Shown: positions 1 to 12,381 of the stretch, piece by piece | Layout: each line of letters begins with the position of its first letter | How positions within the stretch are numbered: position 1 is the stretch's first letter | Origin: an uncultured Deinococcaceae bacterium | GTDB lineage: Bacteria; Deinococcota; Deinococci; Deinococcales; Deinococcaceae | Direction of reading: 5' to 3' | NCBI GenBank assembly: GCA_964252075.1 | Contig: CAXULY010000009.1 | Coordinates: forward strand, 32,001-96,000 | Length of the DNA stretch: 64,000 bases | Notes under the pieces: model-generated | What the model was told of the DNA's origin: nothing | The model's database searches: none | Seen by the model: only the letters and a program-made list of their open reading frames with translations | Made by a program: the position numbers and the translations under genes

Positions 1-2
1 TG

Positions 3-1250
<1,248 letters not shown>

Positions 1251-1252
1251 GG

Positions 1253-1280
1253 CGGGAACGGGCGGCGCCGCCCGTTCCCG
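1253..1280. terminator. GC-rich perfect palindrome after the ligase stop; probable intrinsic terminator
   Basis: CGGGAACGGGCGGC|GCCGCCCGTTCCCG, 28-bp perfect inverted repeat 2 nt after TAG. Confidence 0.55.
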
Positions 1281-1327
1281 TCAGACAGTCCTTCTCAGGG
1301 TCGTCGCGCTACACTGACACGAGCGAT

Positions 1328-1708
1328 ATGCCCTATACCATTCTCGTTGCCGACGATGAACCCGCCATCCGGACCATGCTGGAAGTGATTCTTTCCGCCG
1401 ATGGTCACGAGGTCGTGACGGTCGGGGACGGCAAGGCGGCCCTGGATTACCTGCAGAAGGACACGCCGGACGCCATGCTGCTGGACGTCAAGATGCCGTT
1501 CATTGACGGCTTCGAGATCTGCTCGCGCGTGAAGCGCGTCAAGCGGCTCTCGAACATCCCGGTGCTGCTGCTGACGGGCTTTGACGACGACCAGACCCGC
1601 GACCACGCCAAACTGGTGGGCGCGGACGACATCGTGTACAAACCGCTCTCCGGCAAGAACCTGCGCGGGCGCGTCGCGCAACTCATTCAGGCGCGCAAGC
1701 AGCGCTGA
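1328..1708 (+). CDS. Single-domain response regulator (receiver only)
   Basis: ILVADDE, LLDVKMP phospho-acceptor Asp, LT, YKP motifs; 126 aa. Confidence 0.9.
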   Translation: MPYTILVADDEPAIRTMLEVILSADGHEVVTVGDGKAALDYLQKDTPDAMLLDVKMPFIDGFEICSRVKRVKRLSNIPVLLLTGFDDDQTRDHAKLVGADDIVYKPLSGKNLRGRVAQLIQARKQR

Positions 1709-1713
1709 GGCTT

Positions 1714-4047
1714 ATGCTCATCGTCTGGCGGATCTTCAAGGTGCTGTGCGCGCTCGTGATCGCGGCGGCCCTCATTGGCGGCGGCGTGCTCGCCACGTAC
1801 GAGGCGAAGTGGTTCCGTGAGCTGCCCGATTACCACGAACTGGACTCCCTCACGCTGGGCGCCACCACGCGCGTGTACGCGCGCGACCTCACGCCGCTGG
1901 GCGCGCTCGTCCCGAAGATCGGGGATGAGCGCGTAAGCCGCACGCTGGTCAGCCTGGACGACGTGAGCCCCTACATGGTGGCGGCGCTGATCTCCAGCGA
2001 GGACCGGCATTTCTTCGAGCATTACGGCCTGGATCCCAACGGCCTGGGCCGTCAGTTCGTGCGCGTGTACAAGAACGAGCGCGTGCAGGGCGGCAGCACC
2101 CTCACGAACCAGCTCGTCGCGAACACCCTGCTGAAGAAGTACGACAAGGCCCGCACCCTGGAGCGCAAGTCCAAGGAGTGGATGCTGAGCGTGCAGGTGG
2201 AGCGCAGCTTCACCAAAGAAGAGATCCTGCAGGACTACCTGAACGTCATTTACTGGGGCGACGGCGGCCCCGTGGAGCTGTACGGCCTGTACTCGGCGGC
2301 GCAGGCGTACTTCGGCGTGACGCCCAAGCAGCTCACGCTCGCGCAGGCGGTGTACCTCACGCGCCTGATTCCGTCGCCGGGGCGTTTCTACAGCAACTAC
2401 AAGGACGTGCGGCCCTACATGCGGGCGCTCCTGAGCACCATGGTGGAGGACGGCTGGATCACGCGCGCGCAGGCGGACGCCGCCTGGAAGGAAAAACTCA
2501 CGCCGCGCGGCTGGAAGGTGCAGTACGACGCGCAGGGCAACCTGAAGAACGCCCGCCTCGTGGACCCCAAGGCCAAGAACCTGCGCGCCGTGAGCAGCGC
2601 GCGCGCGCCGCACTTCATGCAGCAGGTGGAGCAGGAACTCGTGAACCGCCTGGGCCGCGAGCGGGTGTACCAGGTGGGCGGCCTGAACGTGTACACCACC
2701 CTGGACCCGCAGGCGCAGAACGCCGCGGAGCAGGCGTCGCGCAGCGCGAACATCCCGCCCGGCACCACGCTGGGCGCCGTGCTGGAGGACCCCTTCACGG
2801 GTGACGTGCTCGCCATGATCGGGCAGAAGCTCAACGGGGACCAGCCGCCCAGCGAGTGGAACAACGCCGCGCAGGGCAGCAACCAGATCGGCTCGACCGT
2901 GAAGCCGCTGCTGTACACCACGGCGCTCTCCACGGGCCTCGACCAGCTGCACAAGGAAGACGACAAACCCATCAGTTACCCCTGCAAGGGCTGCAAGGGC
3001 GGCGTGTACTCCCCGCAGGACTTCGAGGGCGAGATGACGAACCGTAGCATGACCTTGCGGGAAGCGCTGGACCGCAGCCTGAACCTCCCCACCGTGCGCC
3101 TCGCGGACCGCATTGGCGTGCCCACCCTGAAAGGCAAGCTGCGCGAACTGGGCCTGGAGCCCGCCGACGCGGCGGGCCTCGCGGTGGCGCTGGGCGCCGT
3201 AGAGACCACGCCCGTGAAGCTCGCGGCGGCCTACGCGCCCTTCGTGAACGGCGGCGTGTACCACGCGCCGAGGTACGTCACGCGCGTCACGGACGCCAGC
3301 GGGCAGGTGCTGTACGACGCGGACCGCGACACGCCCCCGCCGCACCGCGTGTGGACGCCGCAGGTCGCGTACCTGGGTCTGGACATGCTGCAGGGCGTCG
3401 TGAACGACCTCAGCCGCGCGCAGGGCGGCCTCGCGTACCGGGCGAAGATTGACGGCTGGCCGGTGGGCGGCAAGACCGGCACCAGCAACGGCCCGAAGGA
3501 CCTGTGGTTCGTGGGCGTGACGCCCGAGTACGTGGGCGCGGTGTGGGTCGGCAAGCAGGACGACAAGCCCATGCCGACGTACTACTACTCCGGCGAGATC
3601 CCCCCGCCCGTGTGGCACAGCATGATGACGGGCGCGCTGGTCGGCAAGGCGCCGCAGCAGTTCGCGGTGCCGCCCGGCATCGGTTACAAGGAGAACCCGG
3701 AACTGCGCAACGTGAAGGTCGCGGTGCTGGACTCCGGCTTCCAGAACGCCGCCAACACCCCCACCGAGACGCAGCCCACCGGGCCGCTGTACCAGGAGGC
3801 GAGCGCGCCCAGCACGGACAGCGACACCATGCTGGTCACGCTGGACCGCCGCACGAATCGCCTCGCGACCGAGTTCACGCCGCCGGAGGACGTGGTGCAG
3901 CGCCGCGTGAACGCCGAGGACCTGCCCGCCTACGCGCCCGACCCCACCCCGCAGGCCCTCACGGACGACCCACCCACACCCACCAGGGGCACCAGTGGCG
4001 CCTCCACCGCGTCCGGCATTCCCGGCGCGCCCGCAAACAGCAACTGA
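1714..4047 (+). CDS. Class A penicillin-binding protein (transglycosylase-transpeptidase, PBP1A-like)
   Basis: N-terminal TM helix; EDRHF and GGSTLTNQL glycosyltransferase motifs; STVK, SLN and KTG transpeptidase motifs. Confidence 0.92.
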   Translation: MLIVWRIFKVLCALVIAAALIGGGVLATYEAKWFRELPDYHELDSLTLGATTRVYARDLTPLGALVPKIGDERVSRTLVSLDDVSPYMVAALISSEDRHFFEHYGLDPNGLGRQFVRVYKNERVQGGSTLTNQLVANTLLKKYDKARTLERKSKEWMLSVQVERSFTKEEILQDYLNVIYWGDGGPVELYGLYSAAQAYFGVTPKQLTLAQAVYLTRLIPSPGRFYSNYKDVRPYMRALLSTMVEDGWITRAQADAAWKEKLTPRGWKVQYDAQGNLKNARLVDPKAKNLRAVSSARAPHFMQQVEQELVNRLGRERVYQVGGLNVYTTLDPQAQNAAEQASRSANIPPGTTLGAVLEDPFTGDVLAMIGQKLNGDQPPSEWNNAAQGSNQIGSTVKPLLYTTALSTGLDQLHKEDDKPISYPCKGCKGGVYSPQDFEGEMTNRSMTLREALDRSLNLPTVRLADRIGVPTLKGKLRELGLEPADAAGLAVALGAVETTPVKLAAAYAPFVNGGVYHAPRYVTRVTDASGQVLYDADRDTPPPHRVWTPQVAYLGLDMLQGVVNDLSRAQGGLAYRAKIDGWPVGGKTGTSNGPKDLWFVGVTPEYVGAVWVGKQDDKPMPTYYYSGEIPPPVWHSMMTGALVGKAPQQFAVPPGIGYKENPELRNVKVAVLDSGFQNAANTPTETQPTGPLYQEASAPSTDSDTMLVTLDRRTNRLATEFTPPEDVVQRRVNAEDLPAYAPDPTPQALTDDPPTPTRGTSGASTASGIPGAPANSN

Positions 4048-4054
4048 GCGTTCG

Positions 4055-4094
4055 CGTGAGTGGCGCCGGCCCGCTGGGGCCGGCGCCACTCACG
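4055..4094. terminator. 18-bp perfect stem-loop after PBP gene
   Basis: CGTGAGTGGCGCCGGCCC-GCTG-GGGCCGGCGCCACTCACG. Confidence 0.6.
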
Positions 4095-4126
4095 TTCGCG
4101 TCAGGCCGCCCCCCTAGCATGGGGGC

Positions 4127-4498
4127 GTGAAGTGCGCCCTCGTCCTGTTCGGCCTCCTGAGTGGCGCGGCCCTCGCCACCCCGCGCCTCGGGGACGCGCT
4201 GCCCACGCACCCCTGGACGGACGCGCCGCAGGAACTGATTGTGCTGTACTCGCACGACTGCGGCGACCTGACGCCCCTGTGGGGGCAGGTGCTTGCGACA
4301 AAGCTCCCCGTGCGCCTCGTGAACGCCGAGGACGTGCCCATCCAGGCGCCGAAGGGCTTCAGCGCGTGGCAGGGCGAGGACGCCACGGACTTCTCGCGCG
4401 CCCTGAAGGTCCGCGTGTACCCCACGGTGCTGCTGGTGCAGGCTGGCCGCGTGATGAACCTGTGGGAAGGGACGTTTAGCGCCAGCACCCTTCGCTAG
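4127..4498 (+). CDS. Exported thioredoxin-fold-like protein (SxxC motif)
   Basis: Signal-peptide-like N-terminus; YSHDCG after a hydrophobic strand, VYPTVLLV cis-Pro-like motif; TAGCAT -10 six nt upstream of GTG; directly upstream of ccdA. Confidence 0.6.
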   Translation: MKCALVLFGLLSGAALATPRLGDALPTHPWTDAPQELIVLYSHDCGDLTPLWGQVLATKLPVRLVNAEDVPIQAPKGFSAWQGEDATDFSRALKVRVYPTVLLVQAGRVMNLWEGTFSASTLR

Positions 4499-4507
4499 AC
4501 TGCGGGC

Positions 4508-5191
4508 GTGAACGCCACGCCCACCCTGACCCTGGCTTTCCTGGGCGGCCTGCTGTCCTTCCTGTCGCCGTGCGTGCTGCCGCTGGTGCCCAGTTACCTG
4601 GGGGTGCTGGGCGGCACCGGCAGGCCCTGGGGGCGCGCGCTGGGCTTCGTGCTGGGCTTCGCGCTGGTGTTCGTGGCGCTCGGCGCGACGGCCAGCACCC
4701 TCGGGCAGTTGCTCATCCCGTACAAGCTGCTGATCGGGCGGGTGGGCGCGGTGCTCATCATCCTGTTCGGGCTCTTCATGCTGGGCCTGATTCCCGTGCG
4801 CGCCCTCATGCGTGACACGCGCGGGAACCTCGTGGGCGCCGAGCGGTACGGCGCTGTGGCGCTCGGCGCGGCCTTCGCGTTCGGGTGGACGCCGTGCATC
4901 GGCCCGATTCTGGGCGCCATCCTGAGCCTCGCGGCGAGCAGCGCCAGCCTGGGGAGCGGCGTGGGCCTGCTGCTCGCGTACACGCTGGGCCTCGCGGTGC
5001 CGTTCCTGCTCGCGGCGGCCCTGTGGGGGCGCCTGAACCTGCGCGCGCTCAACCGGTACAGCGGCTGGTTCGAGCGCATCGGCGGCCTGATCTTGGTGGT
5101 GGTGGGCGTGCTGATCCTGACGGGCGAATTCACGCGCCTCGCGGCGTTCTTCCTGAGCGTCATGCCGGAGTGGATGCGGGAGCGCCTCTGA
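4508..5191 (+). CDS. ccdA: Cytochrome c biogenesis protein CcdA (DsbD-like transmembrane reductant carrier)
   Basis: SFLSPCVLPLVP and GWTPCIGPILG motifs; multiple TM helices. Confidence 0.92.
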   Translation: MNATPTLTLAFLGGLLSFLSPCVLPLVPSYLGVLGGTGRPWGRALGFVLGFALVFVALGATASTLGQLLIPYKLLIGRVGAVLIILFGLFMLGLIPVRALMRDTRGNLVGAERYGAVALGAAFAFGWTPCIGPILGAILSLAASSASLGSGVGLLLAYTLGLAVPFLLAAALWGRLNLRALNRYSGWFERIGGLILVVVGVLILTGEFTRLAAFFLSVMPEWMRERL

Positions 5192-5237
5192 ACGCGGTGG
5201 GCTCCCTTCGTTCCCAGATTCGGAATGGGCGCGACGC

Positions 5238-5897
5238 GTGATGGGTGACGCGAGCACCGCGCCGCCCTTCGCGCTGCAACTCCGGGACCTGTGGGTGCGG
5301 TTCGGGCGGGAGGCGGTGCTGCGCGGCCTCACGCTGGATGTGCCCGCAGGCGCGGGCCTCACGCTGCTCGGCCCGAACGGCGCGGGCAAGACGACCCTGC
5401 TGCGCACCCTGGCAGGCGAGCTGGGCGTGGCGCGCGGGGAGGGGCGCGTGTTCGGGTATGACCTGAGGGACCGCCGCAGCGTGCGCGGCCTCACGCACTT
5501 TCTGGCACACGAGCCGGGCTTCTACCCGGACCTCACGGTGCGCGAGAACCTGCAGTTCACGCTCGACATGACGGGCGTGACGGGCGACATCGGGGCGGCA
5601 CTGGAGACCGTGGACCTCCAGCGCGCCGAGGGGCGGCGGGCGCGCGCCCTCAGCGCGGGCATGAAGAAGCGCGCGCAGCTCGCGCGGCTGCTCCTCACGC
5701 CCGCGCCCCTGGTGCTGGTGGACGAACCCTTCGCGAACCTCGACGCGGAGGGCCGCGACATCGCCCTGCAGGTGCTGGCGCGGGTCCGCGCGGGCGGCTC
5801 GACGCTGCTGCTCGCGGCGCACGAGCCGGAACTCGCCGCGCAGGTCGCGCCGGACACCCTGCACGTCATCGCGGGCCGCATCGGGGAGGTCGCGTGA
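5238..5897 (+). CDS. ccmA: Heme exporter ATP-binding subunit CcmA
   Basis: Walker A GPNGAGKT, LSAG signature, LVDEP Walker B; overlaps ccmB (GTGA). Confidence 0.85.
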   Translation: MMGDASTAPPFALQLRDLWVRFGREAVLRGLTLDVPAGAGLTLLGPNGAGKTTLLRTLAGELGVARGEGRVFGYDLRDRRSVRGLTHFLAHEPGFYPDLTVRENLQFTLDMTGVTGDIGAALETVDLQRAEGRRARALSAGMKKRAQLARLLLTPAPLVLVDEPFANLDAEGRDIALQVLARVRAGGSTLLLAAHEPELAAQVAPDTLHVIAGRIGEVA

Positions 5898-6592
5898 CGC
5901 GCCCGCCGAATCCCGGCGGGCCGGGCCTGTGGCGCGCGGCGTGGCGGGTGGCGCGCAAGGACTGGGCGGTGGCGGGCCGCACGCGCGACAGCTTCACGGC
6001 GACGGTGTTCTTCGCGGCGCTCGTGCTGCTCATCCTGGGTTTCGCGCTCGGCCCGGACGAGGGCACCCTGCGGCGCGCGGCGCCCGGCATCCTGTGGAGC
6101 GCCCTGGCGCTCTCGTCCGCCGTGGCGGCGCAGCGGGCCTTCGGGCAGGAGCAGGAGTCCGGCACGCTGGAGCGCCTGCTCGGGTACCCCGTCGCGCACG
6201 AGGCGCTGTACCTCGGGAAGTTCTTCGGGGTGCTGGCGCAACTGCTGCTCCTGGCGGTGGTGGTGGTGCCCGCGACGGCACTCATCTACGGCCTCTCGGG
6301 CCCGTGGCTCCTGATTGCGGGCACGGTGCTGCTGGGCCTCACGGGCCTCGCGGCCAGCACGGCCTTCTACGCGGCCATCACGGTGAACCTGCGGGCGCGC
6401 GAGGCGCTGCTGCCCGTGCTGGCCTTCCCCGTGATCGTGCCCGTGGTACTGGCGGGCGTGCGCGCCACGACGCTCCTCGCGGACGGCGCGCTGGCGAGCG
6501 AGTGGGGCGCGTGGCTGAGCTTCCTGGCGCTGTACGACGCGGTGGCGGTGGTGGCGTCCACGCTGCTGTTCCCCTTCGCGGTCGAAGGATAG
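5894..6592 (+). CDS. ccmB: Heme exporter membrane subunit CcmB
   Basis: F.QE.ESGTLE.L motif, LLPVLAFPVIVPVV, hydrophobic; adjacent to ccmA. Confidence 0.88.
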   Translation: MTRPPNPGGPGLWRAAWRVARKDWAVAGRTRDSFTATVFFAALVLLILGFALGPDEGTLRRAAPGILWSALALSSAVAAQRAFGQEQESGTLERLLGYPVAHEALYLGKFFGVLAQLLLLAVVVVPATALIYGLSGPWLLIAGTVLLGLTGLAASTAFYAAITVNLRAREALLPVLAFPVIVPVVLAGVRATTLLADGALASEWGAWLSFLALYDAVAVVASTLLFPFAVEG

Positions 6593-6635
6593 ACCGAACA
6601 TCTGTTCCGGGCTCAGCGGGCGTCATGCTGCGGCC

Positions 6636-7255
6636 ATGACCAACCCCGACCACGCCCTGCCGTCCGCCCAGGTGTGCGAGCTGCGCGCGCAGGCACTGGC
6701 CACCCTGGACGCCGTCCTTTCACCCGAGTGGGAGTTCCGGTATTACTCGTTCAACAGTGCGTGGGCTGAGGGCGAGCGCATGGCGTCCATGCGGGACGGC
6801 GAGGGCAACCACTTCTTCTTGCTGTTCGTGGGCGGCGGGTGCATCTACAAGACCTTCGACCACGAGGCGCCCCGATGGGCCGACGCAAGCACGCGTTTGG
6901 AGACCATAGCTGCGCAGGCTCCAGAGGTGTACCGAGCCTTCTTTGTGGAGCCCGCCTTCATGCTGGAGGACTGGACCAGCGTCGGCTGGTCCGACCCGGC
7001 TCGGGGAGCGTGGGTTCTGCACACGGCGGGCCAGCACGAGGACACGCTGCTCGCCTGATCGAGAGCGGCGACCCCAACGACTACGTCCGCTGGGCCAGCG
7101 ATTATTTTGAGACGGACGTGCCCCTGGAGGCGGTCGAGGCGGTGTTCCGCCACCAGCCGCTCACCCCGGAATGGGCGCGCCAGCTGAACCCCGAGGTGAA
7201 CTGGGCGGAGCTGCAGGCGGACCTGGCCGAGATCGACTACCCCAGCTTCGGGTGA
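6636..7255 (+). pseudogene. Hypothetical protein split by a single frameshift near 7055 (pseudogene or sequencing error)
   Basis: ORF 6636-7058 ends ...DTLLA*; another frame continues LIESGDPNDYVRWASDYF...LAEIDYPSFG* to 7255 with gene-like codon usage; one extra C in GCC(C)TGATC would fuse them. Confidence 0.7.
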
Positions 7256-7265
7256 ACCTGGCGGC

Positions 7266-8327
7266 TCACGGGTCGCCCAGCAGTTCGCGCAGGCGCCCCT
7301 CAATCCAGCCCACCAGCGGGCGAATCTGGCGTTCCATGTCCTCGGCGTCCAGGGTGTCGCTTCCGTCGTTCAGGTAGGTGTAGACCAGCAGGCCCGCGCG
7401 CGTCTCGACGGCGCCCGTGAGGTTCAGGATGCGCCAGCCACTTCCGGCCTTCGCGGCCCAGTACCGCTGGCCGGGCAGCGGCGTGGTGGGTGTGCAGCAG
7501 CCGTGCGCGAGCGCCTCGCGGAAGACCGCGCGCGTGGCGGGTTGCAGGGTCACGCCGGGCAGCGTGCGTGCCATCAGGTCCGTGTAGGCCTTCGCGGTGG
7601 AGGTGTTCTGCAGCGCGAGGTCAAGGTCCGGGGTGTAGTCGGGGCCGTGGAAGTAGGTGTCGAGGCGCGCCTCCACCTGCGGCCCGGTGACGGCGCGGGA
7701 CGCCGCGATGAGCGCGGAGGCCGTCTGGAGGCGCGCCTCGAAGGGCTGGTCGGCGTAGCGCTGCGCGCCCGCCCGCAGGTCAGGGCCGAGCACCCCGGCG
7801 CTCAGGCCCGCCTGCGCCGCCCAGAAGGCCTTGGTGGTCAGCAGGATGCTGGTGCAGGCGCTGCGGCCCTGCACGTCCCGCGCGAGGCGGCCCGCGCCGT
7901 GGGTCAGGTGCAGGATGTCGCTGGCGGTGTTGTCGCTCTGCACCAGGGCGCGCCGGGCGAGGTCTCGCAGGGTGTGCGTGCCGACCGGGTGGGCCTCGAT
8001 GCTGCGGTTCGCGGCGGTGGTCGTGAGGGGCGTGTTTAGGTGCAGGGCGCCCCGGTCCACGTCGCGCAGCGCGGCTTCCACCACCAGCGGCTTGAAGAGG
8101 CTGGCGAGGGCGTGGCGTTCGCTGGTGTCGCCCAGCGCCACTTCGCGGCGCACCGCGAGGGTGCGCGGGTCGTACAGCGCGGCGTAGAAGGCCACCCGTC
8201 CGGTCACGACCGTGGGCAGCGGGGCGCTGGGGGCGGGCGCCTGCACGGCGGCCCCGCAGGTGAGGGGCGCGGCGCCCGCGCTGGCGAGCAGGGCGCAGGA
8301 CAGGACGGCGAACCCACGGCGGCGCAT
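7266..8327 (-). CDS. Exported serine hydrolase, class A beta-lactamase-like fold
   Basis: Signal peptide MRRRGFAVLSCALLASAGA; SLFK (SxxK), SDN, KAG triad; start reassigned to ATG at 8327. Confidence 0.8.
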   Translation of the reverse strand: MRRRGFAVLSCALLASAGAAPLTCGAAVQAPAPSAPLPTVVTGRVAFYAALYDPRTLAVRREVALGDTSERHALASLFKPLVVEAALRDVDRGALHLNTPLTTTAANRSIEAHPVGTHTLRDLARRALVQSDNTASDILHLTHGAGRLARDVQGRSACTSILLTTKAFWAAQAGLSAGVLGPDLRAGAQRYADQPFEARLQTASALIAASRAVTGPQVEARLDTYFHGPDYTPDLDLALQNTSTAKAYTDLMARTLPGVTLQPATRAVFREALAHGCCTPTTPLPGQRYWAAKAGSGWRILNLTGAVETRAGLLVYTYLNDGSDTLDAEDMERQIRPLVGWIEGRLRELLGDP

Positions 8328-8506
8328 GTGCGGGCATTCTGACAGGCGCGGAGCGGCAAAGGTGCAAAGACCGCTTTTTTGGCGGCTGCATCGGGATATT
8401 CGCACTTGCCGGAAGTGAGCTTCGGGTCCATGCTGGAGTCATCGTTCACGCATAGACTGAAGCTCACGACCTCGGTCGGTGCGGAGGACTGCACGAAGGA
8501 GTCAAG

Positions 8507-9238
8507 GTGCTAAAGCGGATTACCTCGGGCCTCGGAATCGTGACGCTGCTGCTCATCGCGGCGAGCCTCGTCATGACCTTCCTGGCTCCACTCGACGCGA
8601 ACCAGGGGAGCCTGGTGCGCCTGATGTTCGTTCACGTGCCCGCCGCGTGGCTGAGTTACCTCGCGTACGGCGGCACCGGGCTGTTCGGCCTGCTGTACCT
8701 CATCACGCGCCGCGCGCACTGGGACCGCCTGGCGCTCGCGAGCGCGGAGATCGGCGTGGTGTTCACGGTGGTGGTCCTGATCGGCGGGATGCTGTGGGCG
8801 AAACCCACCTGGGGTACGTACTGGGTGTGGGAGCCGCGCCTCACCACCACGGCGCTGTCCCTGGTCATTTACGGCGGGTACCTGATCGTGCGCGGCCTGA
8901 TTGACGACCCGCAGCGCCGCGCGCGCGTCGCGGCGGTGATCGGCGTGGCGGGCACCCTGTACGTGCCAGTCAATTACATGAGCGTGTACTGGTGGCGCAG
9001 CATTCACCAGACGCCCACCCTGAAGCTGCTGGGCGGCATCCGCTTCGACGCGGCGCCCATTTATGGCGTGATTCTGCTGGTCGCGACGGTGGCGTTCACG
9101 CTGCTGTACGTGTGGCTGCTGCTGCTGCGCGCGGAGCTCGCGCGGCGCATTGACGCGCGCGAGGAGCGCGAGTTCGGGCTGGAGGCGCAGGACGCCGCCC
9201 TCAGGTCGGACGCGCGGACGGAGGTCCGACGTGGATAA
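8507..9238 (+). CDS. ccmC: Heme exporter/chaperone CcmC
   Basis: HVPAAW, WAKPTWGTYWVWEPRLT Trp-rich motif, WWRSIHQ; AAGGAG SD. Confidence 0.93.
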   Translation: MLKRITSGLGIVTLLLIAASLVMTFLAPLDANQGSLVRLMFVHVPAAWLSYLAYGGTGLFGLLYLITRRAHWDRLALASAEIGVVFTVVVLIGGMLWAKPTWGTYWVWEPRLTTTALSLVIYGGYLIVRGLIDDPQRRARVAAVIGVAGTLYVPVNYMSVYWWRSIHQTPTLKLLGGIRFDAAPIYGVILLVATVAFTLLYVWLLLLRAELARRIDAREEREFGLEAQDAALRSDARTEVRRG

Positions 9239-9356
9239 GTACGCCCTGTACGTGATCGTGGTGTACGCGGCGACCTTCGGGGTGCTGGTCGCGTACCTGT
9301 GGTACCTGTTCCGGCGCCTGCGGCAGGAGCTGGCGGCCCGCAAGGACGGCGAATGA
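9231..9356 (+). CDS. ccmD: Heme exporter small subunit CcmD (41 aa)
   Basis: GTG at 9231 with [48 protein letters not shown] has one TM helix plus charged tail; lies between ccmC and ccmE with overlapping stop/start. Confidence 0.8.
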   Translation: MDKYALYVIVVYAATFGVLVAYLWYLFRRLRQELAARKDGE

Positions 9357-9811
9357 CGACGCACGCGCCGCTGCCCACCGCGCGCCGCCGCCGCCGCAAC
9401 CCGCTGCCGTACGTGCTGGCGCTCGTGGCGCTCGCGGCGGTGGTGGGCGTGCTGCTGTACGGCAGCCTGCAGAAGAGCCTGGAGTTCTTCGTGACGCCCA
9501 GCGAGTACCAGGCGCAGCAGACGAACCTCGCGGGGCGCTCCCTGCGCCTGGGCGGCCTCGTGAAGGGCGAGCGGTACGACCCCGCCAGCCTGCAGCTGCG
9601 CTTCACCATCACGGACGGCAGCGCGAGCTACCCGGTGATGTACAAGGGCGCCGTGCCGGACCTCTTCAAGGAGAACCAGGGCGTCGTGGTGCGCGGGCAT
9701 TTCGATGGGGGCACCTTCGTGGGGCAGGAACTGCTCGTGAAGCACAGCGAGGAGTACCACCCGCCGCAGACGCCCGGTGACGTGAAGAAACTGCTGGAGG
9801 ACACCAAGTAA
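9353..9811 (+). CDS. ccmE: Heme chaperone CcmE
   Basis: FFVTPSE, RLGGLV, PDLFKE, KHSEEY (HxxxY heme ligand); ATGA overlap with ccmD. Confidence 0.92.
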   Translation: MTTHAPLPTARRRRRNPLPYVLALVALAAVVGVLLYGSLQKSLEFFVTPSEYQAQQTNLAGRSLRLGGLVKGERYDPASLQLRFTITDGSASYPVMYKGAVPDLFKENQGVVVRGHFDGGTFVGQELLVKHSEEYHPPQTPGDVKKLLEDTK

Positions 9812-9813
9812 CC

Positions 9814-11784
<1,971 letters not shown>

Positions 11785-11814
11785 AGTGACCGGACCTTCC
11801 GTGGAGATGCTGCC

Positions 11815-12381
11815 ATGAGTCAAGTTCAATCCAAGACCCCTGCCGCCCCCGCGCGGCGCTCCCCGCTGCGCTTCCTGCCGCCCATCCTGGCGGCCCTGCT
11901 GGTCGCCGTGCTGGCCTACGCCCTGCTCAAGCCGCAAGGCGGTGACCCGGGCGGCCCGCTGGTCGGGAAGGCTGCGCCGAACTTCACCCTCGGAATGCTG
12001 GACGGCGGTCAGCTGAGCCTCACGGGCCTGCGGGGCCGCCCGGTCGTCGTGAACTTCTGGGCGTCGTGGTGCCTCCCGTGCCGCGACGAGGCGCCGCTGC
12101 TCTCGAAGCTCTCGGGGCAGCAGCGCGCGGGCGGCCTCGCGGTGGTGGGCGTGCTGTTCCAGGACAAGACGGCGGACGCCAAGCGCTTCGTGGCGGAGCA
12201 GGGCCTCGCGTTCCCCAGCCTGCTCGACCCCAGTTCCGACACCGCCATCAATTACGGCGTGTCCGCCGTGCCGGAGACCTTCTTCATCGACGCGCAGGGC
12301 GTGGTGCGCGCGCACGTGCGTCAGGCCATGACGCCCGACATCCTGAAGGCGAACCTCGCGAAGATCGGGGTGGGGGATTAA
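11815..12381 (+). CDS. ccmG: Thiol:disulfide oxidoreductase CcmG/TlpA family
   Basis: N-terminal TM anchor; [23 protein letters not shown]. Confidence 0.88.
   Translation: MSQVQSKTPAAPARRSPLRFLPPILAALLVAVLAYALLKPQGGDPGGPLVGKAAPNFTLGMLDGGQLSLTGLRGRPVVVNFWASWCLPCRDEAPLLSKLSGQQRAGGLAVVGVLFQDKTADAKRFVAEQGLAFPSLLDPSSDTAINYGVSAVPETFFIDAQGVVRAHVRQAMTPDILKANLAKIGVGD

Noticed and set aside
7266..8327. Calling the serine hydrolase a true resistance beta-lactamase
   Set aside because: SxxK/SDN/KxG are present but an omega-loop Glu166 equivalent could not be identified; fold-level call only
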